Assembly: GCA_964384485.1 (NCBI GenBank)
Contig: CAYLLE010000006.1
Location: 1-62,673 of the forward strand
Origin: an uncultured Spirochaetales bacterium
GTDB taxonomy: Bacteria > Spirochaetota > Spirochaetia > CAYLLE01
Reading direction: 5' to 3'
Length of the DNA stretch: 62,673 nucleotides
How positions within the stretch are numbered: position 1 is the first letter of the stretch; each line of letters begins with the position of its first letter. The position numbers and the translations under genes are program-made. Of this stretch, positions 31,645 through 42,285 are shown piece after piece. A model generated the notes under the pieces. That model was not told the origin of the DNA. It did no database searches and saw only the letters and a list, made by a program, of their open reading frames with translations.

Positions 31645-33303
31645 GTGAACAGTGCCGGAAAAAACCCTGTTATCCTGGTAGCGGATGACAACGATCTTAA
31701 TAGAAAAATCGTAAAGGCGAATTTTAGAGATAAAAATTATGAAATTATAGAAGCGGTGAACGGGCAGGAGGCTATCGATCAGACCTTTAAGCATGAGCCT
31801 GACCTGATTCTGATGGATATCATGATGCCCGGAATTGACGGACTTCAGGCAATCAAGAAAATTAAAAGCCACCGGAAAACCGGAAGGATACCGGTGATCG
31901 CATTGACCGCGCTGAATGACCGGGAAGACCGTATTAAGGCGTTTGAATGCGGGGCTATGGATTTTATTACCAAACCTTTTGACCGGTTTGAGCTGATCGC
32001 CATCGTCAGTTCTTATCTGAAATTTTCACTGATTAATAAGAAATATATCCTTTCCACGGTGAACCCCCGTACCGAACTTCCGAACAGGGCGGCTTTCAGG
32101 GAACGGATGACCGAACAGGCCGGCGGACTGCTGTACCTGGTAAAATTGGACGATATCGATACGATTACCCGGTTTTACGGAGAAGAAATCGGCGCGGCAA
32201 TTGAACGGTCCTTTGCCGGATTTCTGCAGAGTCATCTCCCGGATAAATTCCGGCAGAACGGTATCTTGTATCACTTTGGTCAGGGAACATTCGGTTTTTT
32301 ATTTACCGAAGATGATGTTGAAGGATATAAGGCTGAACTTATACAGATGGACGATCATCTTCATCAGAAGATCGACGACTTCAGAGATGAGATCTCCGAG
32401 GGAGAATATGATATCGATTTTACCGCCAGCGTGACGGCTTACAGGGATAATATGCTTGAAACAGCTGAGCTTGTGATGGAGCAGGCTATAAAACAGAAAG
32501 TCAGAATACTTTTTACCCATGAGGTGGCGGACGAAATATCTGATGAAATAAAGCAGAACATCTACTGGTTAAGAGAGATCCGGGAAGCGGTGAACGACGG
32601 TAGAATAATCCCTTTCTTCCAGCCCATCGTTGACAATTCCACCGGAAAGATAGTGAAATATGAAGCCCTGGTAAGAATGATGGGACGGGACGGTACCATC
32701 CATTCACCGGGGGCTTTCCTTGTCATCGCGAAAAACTCGAAATACTATCCCGACATCACCAAGGCTGTTATATCGCAGGCGGTAGAAGTCTTCAGGGAAC
32801 GGGAAGAAGCAGTATCTGTGAATATTTCCGTCCTGGATATGGAAAATCCCGATATAAGAGAGTTTATATGCGGCTGTCTTGAAAAAAACCCTGAAATCCA
32901 GGGAAGATTGATCATCGAGATGGTGGAACAGGAAGGGGTCACCCACGGTTCGGCCGTGGTTGATTTCATAAAAGAGGTAAAGCAGTACGGAGTCAAGATT
33001 GCTATTGATGATTTCGGCAGCGGCTACTCCAATTTCCGCCGGATTGTGGATTTAAAGGCCGACTACGTAAAAATAGACGGAAGTCTGATACGGAATGTGC
33101 CGGGTGATAAAGATACCTGTATGGTGGTAGAGATTATAAAAGAGCTGGCTGTTAAATCAAATATGGAAGTAATTGCTGAATTCGTGGAAGGAAAAGAGGT
33201 AAAGGAATATCTAACCTCCATTGGGGTGGAGTATTCCCAAGGGTATTATATTGGACAGCCCATTAACCTGATCAATACCGGAAAATATGCCGAAATTTCC
33301 TGA
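31645..33303 (+). CDS. REC-degenerate GGDEF-EAL c-di-GMP phosphodiesterase
   Basis: REC (ADDN, MDIMMP, TKPF); GQGTF in place of GGDEF; YEALVR and IDDFGSGYS. Confidence 0.92.
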   Translation: MNSAGKNPVILVADDNDLNRKIVKANFRDKNYEIIEAVNGQEAIDQTFKHEPDLILMDIMMPGIDGLQAIKKIKSHRKTGRIPVIALTALNDREDRIKAFECGAMDFITKPFDRFELIAIVSSYLKFSLINKKYILSTVNPRTELPNRAAFRERMTEQAGGLLYLVKLDDIDTITRFYGEEIGAAIERSFAGFLQSHLPDKFRQNGILYHFGQGTFGFLFTEDDVEGYKAELIQMDDHLHQKIDDFRDEISEGEYDIDFTASVTAYRDNMLETAELVMEQAIKQKVRILFTHEVADEISDEIKQNIYWLREIREAVNDGRIIPFFQPIVDNSTGKIVKYEALVRMMGRDGTIHSPGAFLVIAKNSKYYPDITKAVISQAVEVFREREEAVSVNISVLDMENPDIREFICGCLEKNPEIQGRLIIEMVEQEGVTHGSAVVDFIKEVKQYGVKIAIDDFGSGYSNFRRIVDLKADYVKIDGSLIRNVPGDKDTCMVVEIIKELAVKSNMEVIAEFVEGKEVKEYLTSIGVEYSQGYYIGQPINLINTGKYAEIS

Positions 33304-34306
33304 TTTACGGATTGCTGTTATAGGAGCCGGAAGTACCGGCGGTGTATTGGCTGGACTGCTGAAAAAAAAGGGATATGATGTTACTCTGGTTACCGGAAAA
33401 GCCGAGTCTACCGGTATACTCCTGATGCAGGGTATAACTCTCAAAGAGGGCACCGTTAAAGAAAGAATTCCCGTTCCGGCGGTTACCCATCCTAGTGAAC
33501 TTAACAGATCGCCCGACATAGTTTTTCTCTGTGTTAAAGGATACGATATCGCGGAGGCGGCAGAGTCATTTTCCCCGATTATTCAAAACGGTACATGTAT
33601 TGTAGTCTTTCAACCGGTAATTTATGAAGAAGCGTTAAAAAATGCTGTTACCGACGGGAAACTCGTATCAGGGGTAATCGGATGGAGCGCCGCAAAAGAT
33701 AAACGGTTTACATACACGAAAACGTCCCGAGGCGGTTTTATTCTGGGACCAATGCGGAATGCCCTTATGCCTGTTATTACGGCGGTTGGAGACATCTTAT
33801 CCGAGACCGGTGAAAATTACGTTATTGATAACCGAATCGAAAGCATAAAGTGGGGGAAACTCATCATCGATTCCGTTCTAAATGCTTTCGGGCTGATCCT
33901 CGGCTGCACATTCGGAGAATTTCTGTCGGAGCGGGAAATCCGGCTCAAGGCAATCGAGGTAATGGGTCAGACGGCGGATACTGTCCGTTCACTGGGTAAA
34001 GAACCTGCAGGATTCGGTACAGTAAGATTCGGACCGGTTAAAATAGACCGTAATACCGTGGAGAACCTGGATTGTCATATCATGCTCCGGAACTACGGAG
34101 CGGCCCACAAGAACAGGATATCAACGGATCTGCAGTCATTAAACCGGGGTGATACCATCGAGACGGCAGGTATTCTTATATTTATTATCGGGCAGTCTGA
34201 AAAAGCCGGAATATCTGTCCCCGGATTAAAAAAACTTTATTCCGTTCATCAGGATATCGCTTCAGGAAAGATGATGCCGTCTCTGCGGAATATTCATAAA
34301 ATCTGA
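33287..34306 (+). CDS. panE: Ketopantoate reductase family protein
   Basis: IGAGSTGG, LCVKGYD, KWGKLI, STDLQSLNRG. Confidence 0.75.
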   Translation: MPKFPDLRIAVIGAGSTGGVLAGLLKKKGYDVTLVTGKAESTGILLMQGITLKEGTVKERIPVPAVTHPSELNRSPDIVFLCVKGYDIAEAAESFSPIIQNGTCIVVFQPVIYEEALKNAVTDGKLVSGVIGWSAAKDKRFTYTKTSRGGFILGPMRNALMPVITAVGDILSETGENYVIDNRIESIKWGKLIIDSVLNAFGLILGCTFGEFLSEREIRLKAIEVMGQTADTVRSLGKEPAGFGTVRFGPVKIDRNTVENLDCHIMLRNYGAAHKNRISTDLQSLNRGDTIETAGILIFIIGQSEKAGISVPGLKKLYSVHQDIASGKMMPSLRNIHKI

Positions 34307-34354
34307 ATTGTTTCTTCCTGGTAAAAAAAAATTATGCTATAGTGTTAAGATAGC

Positions 34355-35173
34355 ATGAGCGAGTATCTCGTTGTAGAAAAATCCGATTTCCCTGTTACGA
34401 CTTCGAGTTTAATAGAAGCATTCCGTGCCCTTGGAGTCCAGCCGGGGATGAACCTTATTGTCCATTCCTCTCTTTCCGCGCTTGGATGGGTTTGCGGAGG
34501 ACCAGTAGCTGTAATTACGGCTCTGGAGGAAGTCCTCCGGGTATACGGAACTTTGGTTATGCCTACACACTCCGGAAATCTAACGGATCCCAGCGGCTGG
34601 TCCCATCCGGCAGTTCCAAAGGAATGGTGGGATACGATCAGGGAAGAGATGCCGCCGTATGATCCCGATCTTACCCCGACCAGGGGTATGGGAATTATCC
34701 CGGAGACCTTTCGGAAACAGGCCGATGCGGTGCGGAGCAGTCACCCCACCGTTTCTTTTGCTGCCTGGGGAGAAAAAGCCATAGAAATCACCGGTGATCA
34801 CTCCCTGGACAATTCCCTGGGAGAAAATTCACCCCTCGGTAGAATGTATAAGCTGGATGGATGGGTTTTGCTTTTAGGGGTTGGTTTCGGCAGTAATACT
34901 GCGTTTCATTTATCTGAATACCGGTGTGAGTATCCCAAACGGGAAGTAATCCCGTGTTCATCACCTGTCACTGTGGAAGGTCACCGCCGCTGGAAGCGGT
35001 ATGAAGATATAAATTATGATGCCGGAGATTTCGGTAAATTGGGAAAAACTTTTCTCAGAGATTATAAACAGGCCATAAAACAGGGTAAAATCGGAAGGGC
35101 AAAGTGTTTCTTGTTTCCATTCCGAACCTGTGTCGACTACGGAGTTACCTGGATGGCGAGAAAGAGACGGTAA
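34355..35173 (+). CDS. AAC(3)/YokD family N-acetyltransferase
   Basis: IVHSSLSALGWVCGG, LVMPTH, RSSHP, NTAFHLSE. Confidence 0.92.
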   Translation: MSEYLVVEKSDFPVTTSSLIEAFRALGVQPGMNLIVHSSLSALGWVCGGPVAVITALEEVLRVYGTLVMPTHSGNLTDPSGWSHPAVPKEWWDTIREEMPPYDPDLTPTRGMGIIPETFRKQADAVRSSHPTVSFAAWGEKAIEITGDHSLDNSLGENSPLGRMYKLDGWVLLLGVGFGSNTAFHLSEYRCEYPKREVIPCSSPVTVEGHRRWKRYEDINYDAGDFGKLGKTFLRDYKQAIKQGKIGRAKCFLFPFRTCVDYGVTWMARKRR

Positions 35174-37710
35174 TGGGATATAAAAGCAGGATTTTTATTA
35201 TATTCGGATCTGTCTTTCTTTTTGTTTCTTTTTTTCTGCTCCTTTTTTCTCTGTTGCACCTTCAGGGTGTTAAGAAGCTGTTGAAGGAGCACCTTATTGC
35301 TCAGGGTAACCTCGCGGCTGATCATTACCGGTTAACATCCCGGCTTCCCGGAGACTATCCTTTTATCAGGGAGAGTCAGGGGTTTTTCATCTTTACAAGA
35401 AGAACGGGAAATATCGCTTTAGCGCGTAATGTCAACTATACGGAAACTCCCGGAGTTTTCACCAATACACTGACCTTCCCCGACGGTAATGAACAGGACT
35501 GCCTTGTCTACTTAAATCAGATAGAAGACGGAGATGTCTATCTTGGATCTTACATATCTTTAAAGAAAATCCGGAACCTTTATTTCCGGTATTTCGGTAT
35601 CTTTTCCGGGATGTTCTTTGCTGTTTTGGCCCTTTCAGGATCAGTATTCATCCGGCGCGGGAGGTTCGGTATTCCTCTGCCGGTATGGAGGATGGAAGAT
35701 AATGAGATTTCCGTCTCCGGTTCTCCGGCCTCGGATGATGAAATAGAAGGAGATGAAACAGCCTGGTGGCTGGAACGGGAGATACGCGAACATAAGCGGG
35801 ATGTGGAACGGCTCAAGGAAACCCAACAGACCCTGCGGACCCTTATCGGAAATCTTCCCGGAATCATATACCGTTCACTGGACGCGGAGAAAAAAAATCT
35901 TCTCTATATAAGTTCCGGCGTAAGAGAGTTGGCCGGATATGATCCGGATGAGCTTATCTATATAAAAAAGGTGATGTGGAAAAACCGGATTCCCCGGGAA
36001 GAATGGGACCTAATTCAAGATGAAATTGCCGAAGCCGTTCAGAATAAACGGAAGTTCCGGATTGATTACACCTATGTTTCCAAGGAAGGCGCCAGGAAAA
36101 AGTTCCTGGAACACGGTCAGCCTGTGTACAATCATGACGGCAGGCTGCGCTATATCGAAGGATTTATTTTCGATATTACCGCTCAGAAGAAGATAGAAGA
36201 AGCACTCCTCGAGAGCAACAAGAACCTGGCTACTACACTGACCAGTATCGGTGATGGAGTGGTGGTTACCGATGAGAACGGCATAATTGGAAAAATTAAT
36301 CCGGCAGCTGAAGAAATTGCGGGAATTAACAGCAGGGATGTTCTCGGAAGGCCTTTCAATGAAGTATTCTCGTTTCTCCTGTTAGGAGGCGGAATACCCT
36401 GTGATCCTGTGGTGGAAGTTCAGCAGAGCAGAGCCATATATGAGGAGGAAGGGTATATTCTGCTTACTACCCGGAGAGGTAAGAAGCGCTATGTCTCCTT
36501 AACCGCGGCTCCGATCCGGGGAAGCAGCGGAATTGTCATTGTGGTAAAAGACCAGACATTCCGTTACCAGATAGAATCCGCCCTTCAGGCCAGTAACGAA
36601 CGGTTTAAAACTCTTTTTGAATTCGCTCCCGACGGATTGGCTCTGGTAGATTACCAGAGCGGAAGATACCTTGAAGGCAACAGGAAGCTGCTGTCCCTTT
36701 TCGGAGTTACCCGGGAAGAGCTCTCGGACTGTACGGTCGGTGATTTTTCGGTGCCGCCCCCGGGGGTCAAGAAAAACAGTCTGGTCCGGCAGATATTGAA
36801 CATACTGGATTCGGTGGATATGCAGGAGGAAGTCCTTTTAGGTGAATGGATGATCCGGAGCAGACACGGTGAAAAAATTGAATGTGAAGCCAGGGTAGTG
36901 AAGTTCCTCGAAGGCAGCCGGACTTTTCTAAGGTTCAGTCTGCTCGACATAAGGGAAAGAAAGAAAGCCCAAAGGGATGAAAAGCTCAAAGAAGAAAAGC
37001 TGCTGCAGGCGGACAAACTTGCCTCCCTCGGCCAGTTAGCCGCGGGAATTGCTCATGAAATCTCGCAGCCTCTCTCGGGGATTAGCATGACGGCCGAATA
37101 CCTTATCTACAATCCGGATGAACCGGAAGAGAAAGATCAGATGAAGGACCGGATGTACACGATCCTCCGGTATATCGACAGAATAAGATCGATAATCTCC
37201 CACGTCAGAATGTTTTCCCGGGAGCAGTCAGCCGCGCCGCATACGGTGTTTTCAGCCAATGAAGCGGTAACCAATTCCCATTCCCTGGTCAATAATCAGT
37301 ACCGGAAATTCGGAATAACGATTGAAATGGATCTGGATATGGAACTGCCGCCCATTGTCGGTAATGTTTACCGTCTGGAGCAGGTTATTATCAACCTGAT
37401 TTCAAACGCAAAAGATGCCATCGAAGAGTCGGGCAGGGAAAGCGGGAAGCTTATCGCGGTACGGACTTATCATGATACTAAATGGGTGTATATAGACATC
37501 CGCGATAACGGTGTCGGGATCCCTCCCGAAGTAATGGAGAAAATTTTTGATCCCTTCTACACCACAAAAGGCGTTCAGGAAGGTACCGGCTTAGGACTCT
37601 CTATTGTACAGGGGATTCTGAGAGAGATGAATGGCGATCTCTCTATCGAAAGTGTTCCCGGTGAATATACTCTTATGAGACTGAAGTTCCCGGCCCAGCC
37701 GAGGAAATAG
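35173..37710 (+). CDS. Membrane multi-PAS sensor histidine kinase
   Basis: Two TM helices, three PAS domains, AHEISQP H-box, NAKDA, DNGVG, GTGLGL; TAATG overlap with AAC(3). Confidence 0.92.
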   Translation: MGYKSRIFIIFGSVFLFVSFFLLLFSLLHLQGVKKLLKEHLIAQGNLAADHYRLTSRLPGDYPFIRESQGFFIFTRRTGNIALARNVNYTETPGVFTNTLTFPDGNEQDCLVYLNQIEDGDVYLGSYISLKKIRNLYFRYFGIFSGMFFAVLALSGSVFIRRGRFGIPLPVWRMEDNEISVSGSPASDDEIEGDETAWWLEREIREHKRDVERLKETQQTLRTLIGNLPGIIYRSLDAEKKNLLYISSGVRELAGYDPDELIYIKKVMWKNRIPREEWDLIQDEIAEAVQNKRKFRIDYTYVSKEGARKKFLEHGQPVYNHDGRLRYIEGFIFDITAQKKIEEALLESNKNLATTLTSIGDGVVVTDENGIIGKINPAAEEIAGINSRDVLGRPFNEVFSFLLLGGGIPCDPVVEVQQSRAIYEEEGYILLTTRRGKKRYVSLTAAPIRGSSGIVIVVKDQTFRYQIESALQASNERFKTLFEFAPDGLALVDYQSGRYLEGNRKLLSLFGVTREELSDCTVGDFSVPPPGVKKNSLVRQILNILDSVDMQEEVLLGEWMIRSRHGEKIECEARVVKFLEGSRTFLRFSLLDIRERKKAQRDEKLKEEKLLQADKLASLGQLAAGIAHEISQPLSGISMTAEYLIYNPDEPEEKDQMKDRMYTILRYIDRIRSIISHVRMFSREQSAAPHTVFSANEAVTNSHSLVNNQYRKFGITIEMDLDMELPPIVGNVYRLEQVIINLISNAKDAIEESGRESGKLIAVRTYHDTKWVYIDIRDNGVGIPPEVMEKIFDPFYTTKGVQEGTGLGLSIVQGILREMNGDLSIESVPGEYTLMRLKFPAQPRK

Positions 37711-37722
37711 CGAAACCCGGTA

Positions 37723-38211
37723 TCAGGATTTATTGGCGATTTTATTACTTACACCGAAAAAATCTGCAATGGATTTAACATGGGTTGCGATAAAAACGAT
37801 AGCGTACAGGGTAACGGCCCCTCCTAAAATGATTCCCATCGTTATCTCGACAGATCCGCCCAACGCCTCCTTAAGCCATTTGAAAGCGCTGCTGAATTGG
37901 AAAAGCATAATGCTTCCCAATATAATAAATCCTGCTCCTATCCAGTTAAAAAGGGGCATTGAGTGCTCCTTTACCGGTACAATTTGCTCATCTTCCTGGA
38001 TTTTTAAAATACTTTCCATAATTTCGTTGTGAAGTTCGGGCATGGATTGGTGTTTTTGGTCAAGGTACTGGAGATTCTCAATTGCGGAATTTATTTCTCC
38101 GTGTATTAGAGCACAATCGGAACAGAACATGATATGATCAAGCAGTCCTTGCGGGATTCTGGTGTTCGGATCCGCCTCCATCATTATTTTTATTGCTTTT
38201 TTACAATCCAT
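37723..38211 (-). CDS. ZAS-type membrane anti-sigma factor
   Basis: HIMFCSDC (HxxxCxxC), two C-terminal TM helices, directly after the ECF sigma. Confidence 0.75.
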   Translation of the reverse strand: MDCKKAIKIMMEADPNTRIPQGLLDHIMFCSDCALIHGEINSAIENLQYLDQKHQSMPELHNEIMESILKIQEDEQIVPVKEHSMPLFNWIGAGFIILGSIMLFQFSSAFKWLKEALGGSVEITMGIILGGAVTLYAIVFIATHVKSIADFFGVSNKIANKS

Positions 38212-38212
38212 A

Positions 38213-38803
38213 CTACCTCCGGTCTTCATTCTCTAAAGACTTTCTCAAAATCTTCTTACCCCGCAGGATATGAGATTTAACTGTGTTAAGAGGAATCCCG
38301 GTGATGTCCGAGATTGCCCCGTAGGTGAAACCAAAATAAAAAGAAAATTCGATGCAAAGAGCATACCGTTTCGGTAATTTTTGCAATGCCTGTTCTAACC
38401 TGCCGGTCAATTCCTTATGTTCTTCCTCTTGTTCCGGCCGCATCAGGGCTCCGGAATCCCGCTTGGAATATTGGTCACCCGGCTGTTCATAACCCGTAAA
38501 CTCCGAGGTTTTCTGCTGCTTTCGCTTGGCTGAAATCATGTCTATACCATAATTATAGGCTATTTTTATCAGCCATGTTGAAAAACTGGATCTTTTTTTA
38601 AAAGCGCCGATTCCGCGGAATGCTTTGATAAACACCTCCTGTGTAAAATCCTGGGCATCTTCCTGATTATGGAAAAACTTCATCCCTAAGCTGTATACTC
38701 TGCTGCTGTGTCTTTCCACGAGGATACGGAAACATTCGGGGTCACCCCGTTTTACCCGGTCTACGATTTCCCGGTCTTTCGGCTCTTGAAAATTCACGTC
38801 CAT
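38213..38803 (-). CDS. ECF RNA polymerase sigma factor
   Basis: DAQDFTQEVFIKA, FSTWLIKIA, IPLNTVKSHILRG. Confidence 0.93.
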   Translation of the reverse strand: MDVNFQEPKDREIVDRVKRGDPECFRILVERHSSRVYSLGMKFFHNQEDAQDFTQEVFIKAFRGIGAFKKRSSFSTWLIKIAYNYGIDMISAKRKQQKTSEFTGYEQPGDQYSKRDSGALMRPEQEEEHKELTGRLEQALQKLPKRYALCIEFSFYFGFTYGAISDITGIPLNTVKSHILRGKKILRKSLENEDRR

Positions 38804-38806
38804 TAT

Positions 38807-39145
38807 TTATGAAGAAAATTTTCTTCTAATAATGAAAAAACAGATAAAGCTGATACCGATGGCCAGAGGTATCAGTCCACCGAGGATATCATAGCCGGTA
38901 CTGCCGACTGCCAGAAAAAAAACAAAAAGAACAAATCCTATCCCCAAGGTAAGAAGACCTGCCAATAAACTGAAGGTATCTAAATCGAATGTACTGGTAG
39001 GCTCAATACCTTTCTGTATCATGTACACCTTCTGTTTGTAATTCCAAAGAAGATAAAAAAAAATAACTATACTTCCCATGACAATTCCGACAATGGGAAT
39101 AACCGTAACCAAAACCTGGGCAGCCGCGCTGGGAACCGAGTTCAT
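38807..39145 (-). CDS. Small 3-TM membrane protein upstream of ECF sigma (DUF6249-like)
   Basis: Three hydrophobic helices, GLIPLAIG; GAAGGAGG SD. Confidence 0.75.
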   Translation of the reverse strand: MNSVPSAAAQVLVTVIPIVGIVMGSIVIFFYLLWNYKQKVYMIQKGIEPTSTFDLDTFSLLAGLLTLGIGFVLFVFFLAVGSTGYDILGGLIPLAIGISFICFFIIRRKFSS

Positions 39146-39156
39146 ACGACCTCCTT

Positions 39157-40764
39157 CTATGTATTTTTCAGATCCACCTGATTGATCATACCACGGTATT
39201 TCCCTTTTTCATAGAAAGCCGCCGGCTGCCGCTCCGATTCCGGCAGGGATACAGCAGTCTTCTGGGTGATGGTGAAAAAATGAAATCCCTGAACTGCCAA
39301 GGTTACTATCCTTACAATATTCTTCCGGTCAATTCTGAGTGCCCGTTTTAGAAACCGAAGGTATTCCCTTCCGTGTCTGGAAAATGTCTGCCTAAAAAGT
39401 GAACGGAAGAACCCGGTAATTTCCCGCCATTTTATTCCGTTGTTAAATCCCTGGCTGCACTGCAAAAGACCTTTCTGCCGTCCTTCCCGGTACCGCTTGA
39501 TAACTTCAAGGCAGCGGTCGAAATATGTTTGGGGTCGGTAAACTTCTGTAAGCACCCTCCTGTATCCCTGAAGAAGAACCTCTTTCGGCATTTTTGTTTT
39601 AAAGTTCAATTCAACCTGATGAGTGTTGTTTCCGTTGCTTTTTGAGAGGATTCTTCCTTCCTTTTCCAGCCGGTTGTAAAGCCGGGTATGAGGCAGGGCC
39701 ATGAGCAGACCGATCATGGCGGTCGGGATAGCAAGTTCTTTTATAAACTCAATTTGCTGGTCAAAAATCGATTCATCATCGGAATCAAAACCGATAATAA
39801 AACCGCCGGTAACTTCTATGCCCCGTTCCTGTATTTTCCGGACGCTTTCACTAACACTCCGCTTCATATTCTGTACTTTGCCTGTCTCCGAAAGGGAGCT
39901 GTCATTGGGCGTTTCGATCCCTACGAAGGTCATGTAGAATTGGGCCTTTGCCATTAGATCGAGCAGTTCATCGTCATCGGCTAAATCAATACTGGTTTCT
40001 GTGCAGAACTTGAACGGATAGCCGTGCTGTTCCTGCCACTGGATTATCGCATTAAGCAGTTCCTTCACTTTACGCTTATTGCCGATAAAATTGTCATCCA
40101 CAATAAAAACAGCCCCTTTAAAACCCACGGCAAGGGCGCTGTCCATTTCGGCGGTAAACTGTTCCGGCGTTTTCGTCCTCGGTTTATGACCAAAGAGGTG
40201 AACAATGTCGCAGAACTCGCAGTTGAAGGGACATCCCCGGGAATACTGAAGAGGCAGCGTATCGTAGTACTGTAATTTCATCAGATCAAAACGGGGAACC
40301 GGGCTTTTGGTAATGTCCGGTTTCTCCGTGCTGGAATAAACCTGCTCTGCCGTTCCTTCTTCCCATGCTTCTATAAACCGGGGAATTGTTATTTCACCTT
40401 CGTTCAGAACGAAATAATCGGCTCCCGTTATTTCGTCCCGGGAAGAGGTAGCGTACGGTCCCCCGACTGCTACTTCTTTTTGCAGCTGTCTGCACCGGTC
40501 AATAACACACTGCATCGACTCTTTTTGGACAGTCATAGCGGAGAGCATTACCAGGTCTGCTTCCAGAATATCTTTATCATTCAATTTTTCGACGTTCATA
40601 TCGATTAACGTGCACTTATAATGTTCCGGGAGCATCGCGGCTACTGTAGCAAGACCGAGCGGGGGCATTAAGGCTTTTTTCCCGACAAAGGAAAGGGCGC
40701 TTTTAAAGGACCAGTAAGTTTCCGGAAACTCCGGGTACACGAGAAGAATATTTTTTTGTTGCAT
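39157..40764 (-). CDS. B12-binding radical SAM protein (DUF4070-type C-terminus)
   Basis: PPLGLATVAA, SRGCPFNCEFC, VDDNFIG, GFIIGFD. Confidence 0.93.
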   Translation of the reverse strand: MQQKNILLVYPEFPETYWSFKSALSFVGKKALMPPLGLATVAAMLPEHYKCTLIDMNVEKLNDKDILEADLVMLSAMTVQKESMQCVIDRCRQLQKEVAVGGPYATSSRDEITGADYFVLNEGEITIPRFIEAWEEGTAEQVYSSTEKPDITKSPVPRFDLMKLQYYDTLPLQYSRGCPFNCEFCDIVHLFGHKPRTKTPEQFTAEMDSALAVGFKGAVFIVDDNFIGNKRKVKELLNAIIQWQEQHGYPFKFCTETSIDLADDDELLDLMAKAQFYMTFVGIETPNDSSLSETGKVQNMKRSVSESVRKIQERGIEVTGGFIIGFDSDDESIFDQQIEFIKELAIPTAMIGLLMALPHTRLYNRLEKEGRILSKSNGNNTHQVELNFKTKMPKEVLLQGYRRVLTEVYRPQTYFDRCLEVIKRYREGRQKGLLQCSQGFNNGIKWREITGFFRSLFRQTFSRHGREYLRFLKRALRIDRKNIVRIVTLAVQGFHFFTITQKTAVSLPESERQPAAFYEKGKYRGMINQVDLKNT

Positions 40765-40869
40765 AAGGGACTCCTGCCGCGGTCACGAGGGTACCGCTGT
40801 TTATTACTTTCCTACTTAGACGGCGGACCGATGAAAAGGTTGCAGGATTCCCGAAAAAAACTGTTTTTT

Positions 40870-42285
40870 TTATTTCAGCTTCATTTCTATACGGCATTCA
40901 GGCGTGAGCCGGGAATACGGTATAAATGCATCTGTCTCCCCGCCGTTTACGGTAAATTTGACGATCTTCGTTCCGCTTCCTTCTGTTGAAACAGATATCT
41001 GTTTGCCCCTTACGGTAATTCCGGAAAGATGGAGATTCCCCGCCCAATCCGGGAGACGCGGTTTGAAATGGATCCCTCTCCTGTCCGGCTGCAGTCCCAG
41101 AACAGACAAGAGAATCAAACCGATGTAGCCGGTAGCGCACCAGGATTGACGGCCGCATGATTTCCACCGGGTGTACTCCTGTTCACCCGCATACCGTTCC
41201 CCTGTTTCCGGATGGTAGAGTTCCAGGAACTGTTCGTCCTTGCTTGCGTGTTCCGACAGGATCCGGAATTCCCTGGAGAGATGGTCCATTCCTCCAACAG
41301 ACGCGGCGGCCATGGCCCACGTCGCCTGGGCATGTGGCCACACCGTTCCGGAATGCCGTCCGTAGGTGCCGGCTGATTCATCCCGGTACCGGGGAAAGGA
41401 CGGCCAGACGCAGGGAATACCATGTTGTGAAATGTAGGTGTTTTTTAGCACCAGGGGTATCCGTTCTTCCGGCACGGCTTTTGTTAACAGGGCAAAAGCG
41501 TGACCGAGACACTCCTGATAATCGCAGAAATCATCCCCTTCCGATAAATACCCATACCGGTTATGGGTGTTCGACCAGAACCGGCCGTTGATGCTATTGA
41601 AGAGGGATTGTGCCATCCGCGGCCAATGTTCGTCCGGATTCCGATCCAATTCTTCCTCCATCTCCCGGATAACGGTGTATGCCCCGAAATAGAGACAGTT
41701 TGTGGAGAGAGATTTCATCGGTATCCCTATTCCGTCCGGGTGTCGCCTGTTCGGATTAGCAGCCGGCCAATCCAGGATGCACGGAGATCCCCCTGTTTGG
41801 GCGTACCTGTCAGGATAGGCTGATATACCGTCCCCCAGCAATGCCGGTCCGCGGAATAATCCCGAGTCCGGATCGTACTCTTCCTTTTCCCGGAGCCGCA
41901 GGGTATTGGCGGCAGCTTCCCTGGCGACGGTTAAAAACTGTCTGTTACCGGTTAAACAATAATGACGCCAAGCCCCGGAGACCCAGATAACCGCGTCCCA
42001 ATACTGACCGCCGACAATAGGTCCCTCCGGCCCGGAAACCAGTGCCGAAAGGAGAGTTGCTTCCGTGATGTCCGGCATGTATCCGGAAAGACCGAAAAAT
42101 GCGTGGTACGAGGCGTCCCTGGTCCAGGGCCGGTCGTAATCAAGCCCGGCTAAAAGGACGGGAGCTGTTCTTTCTTCGGGAACTTGTATTTTCCACGGCT
42201 GTATGTTGGTGACGATATCTCCTAACGCTATCCGGAAAGCCCGCGCGATTATTTCATTTTCCGTTTGAAGATATGGCAGTTTCAT
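40870..42285 (-). CDS. (alpha/alpha)6 glycoside hydrolase (GH63/GH65-like)
   Basis: WTRDASY, HSGTVWPH, FLELYHP, QSWCATG; coupled to melA. Confidence 0.75.
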   Translation of the reverse strand: MKLPYLQTENEIIARAFRIALGDIVTNIQPWKIQVPEERTAPVLLAGLDYDRPWTRDASYHAFFGLSGYMPDITEATLLSALVSGPEGPIVGGQYWDAVIWVSGAWRHYCLTGNRQFLTVAREAAANTLRLREKEEYDPDSGLFRGPALLGDGISAYPDRYAQTGGSPCILDWPAANPNRRHPDGIGIPMKSLSTNCLYFGAYTVIREMEEELDRNPDEHWPRMAQSLFNSINGRFWSNTHNRYGYLSEGDDFCDYQECLGHAFALLTKAVPEERIPLVLKNTYISQHGIPCVWPSFPRYRDESAGTYGRHSGTVWPHAQATWAMAAASVGGMDHLSREFRILSEHASKDEQFLELYHPETGERYAGEQEYTRWKSCGRQSWCATGYIGLILLSVLGLQPDRRGIHFKPRLPDWAGNLHLSGITVRGKQISVSTEGSGTKIVKFTVNGGETDAFIPYSRLTPECRIEMKLK

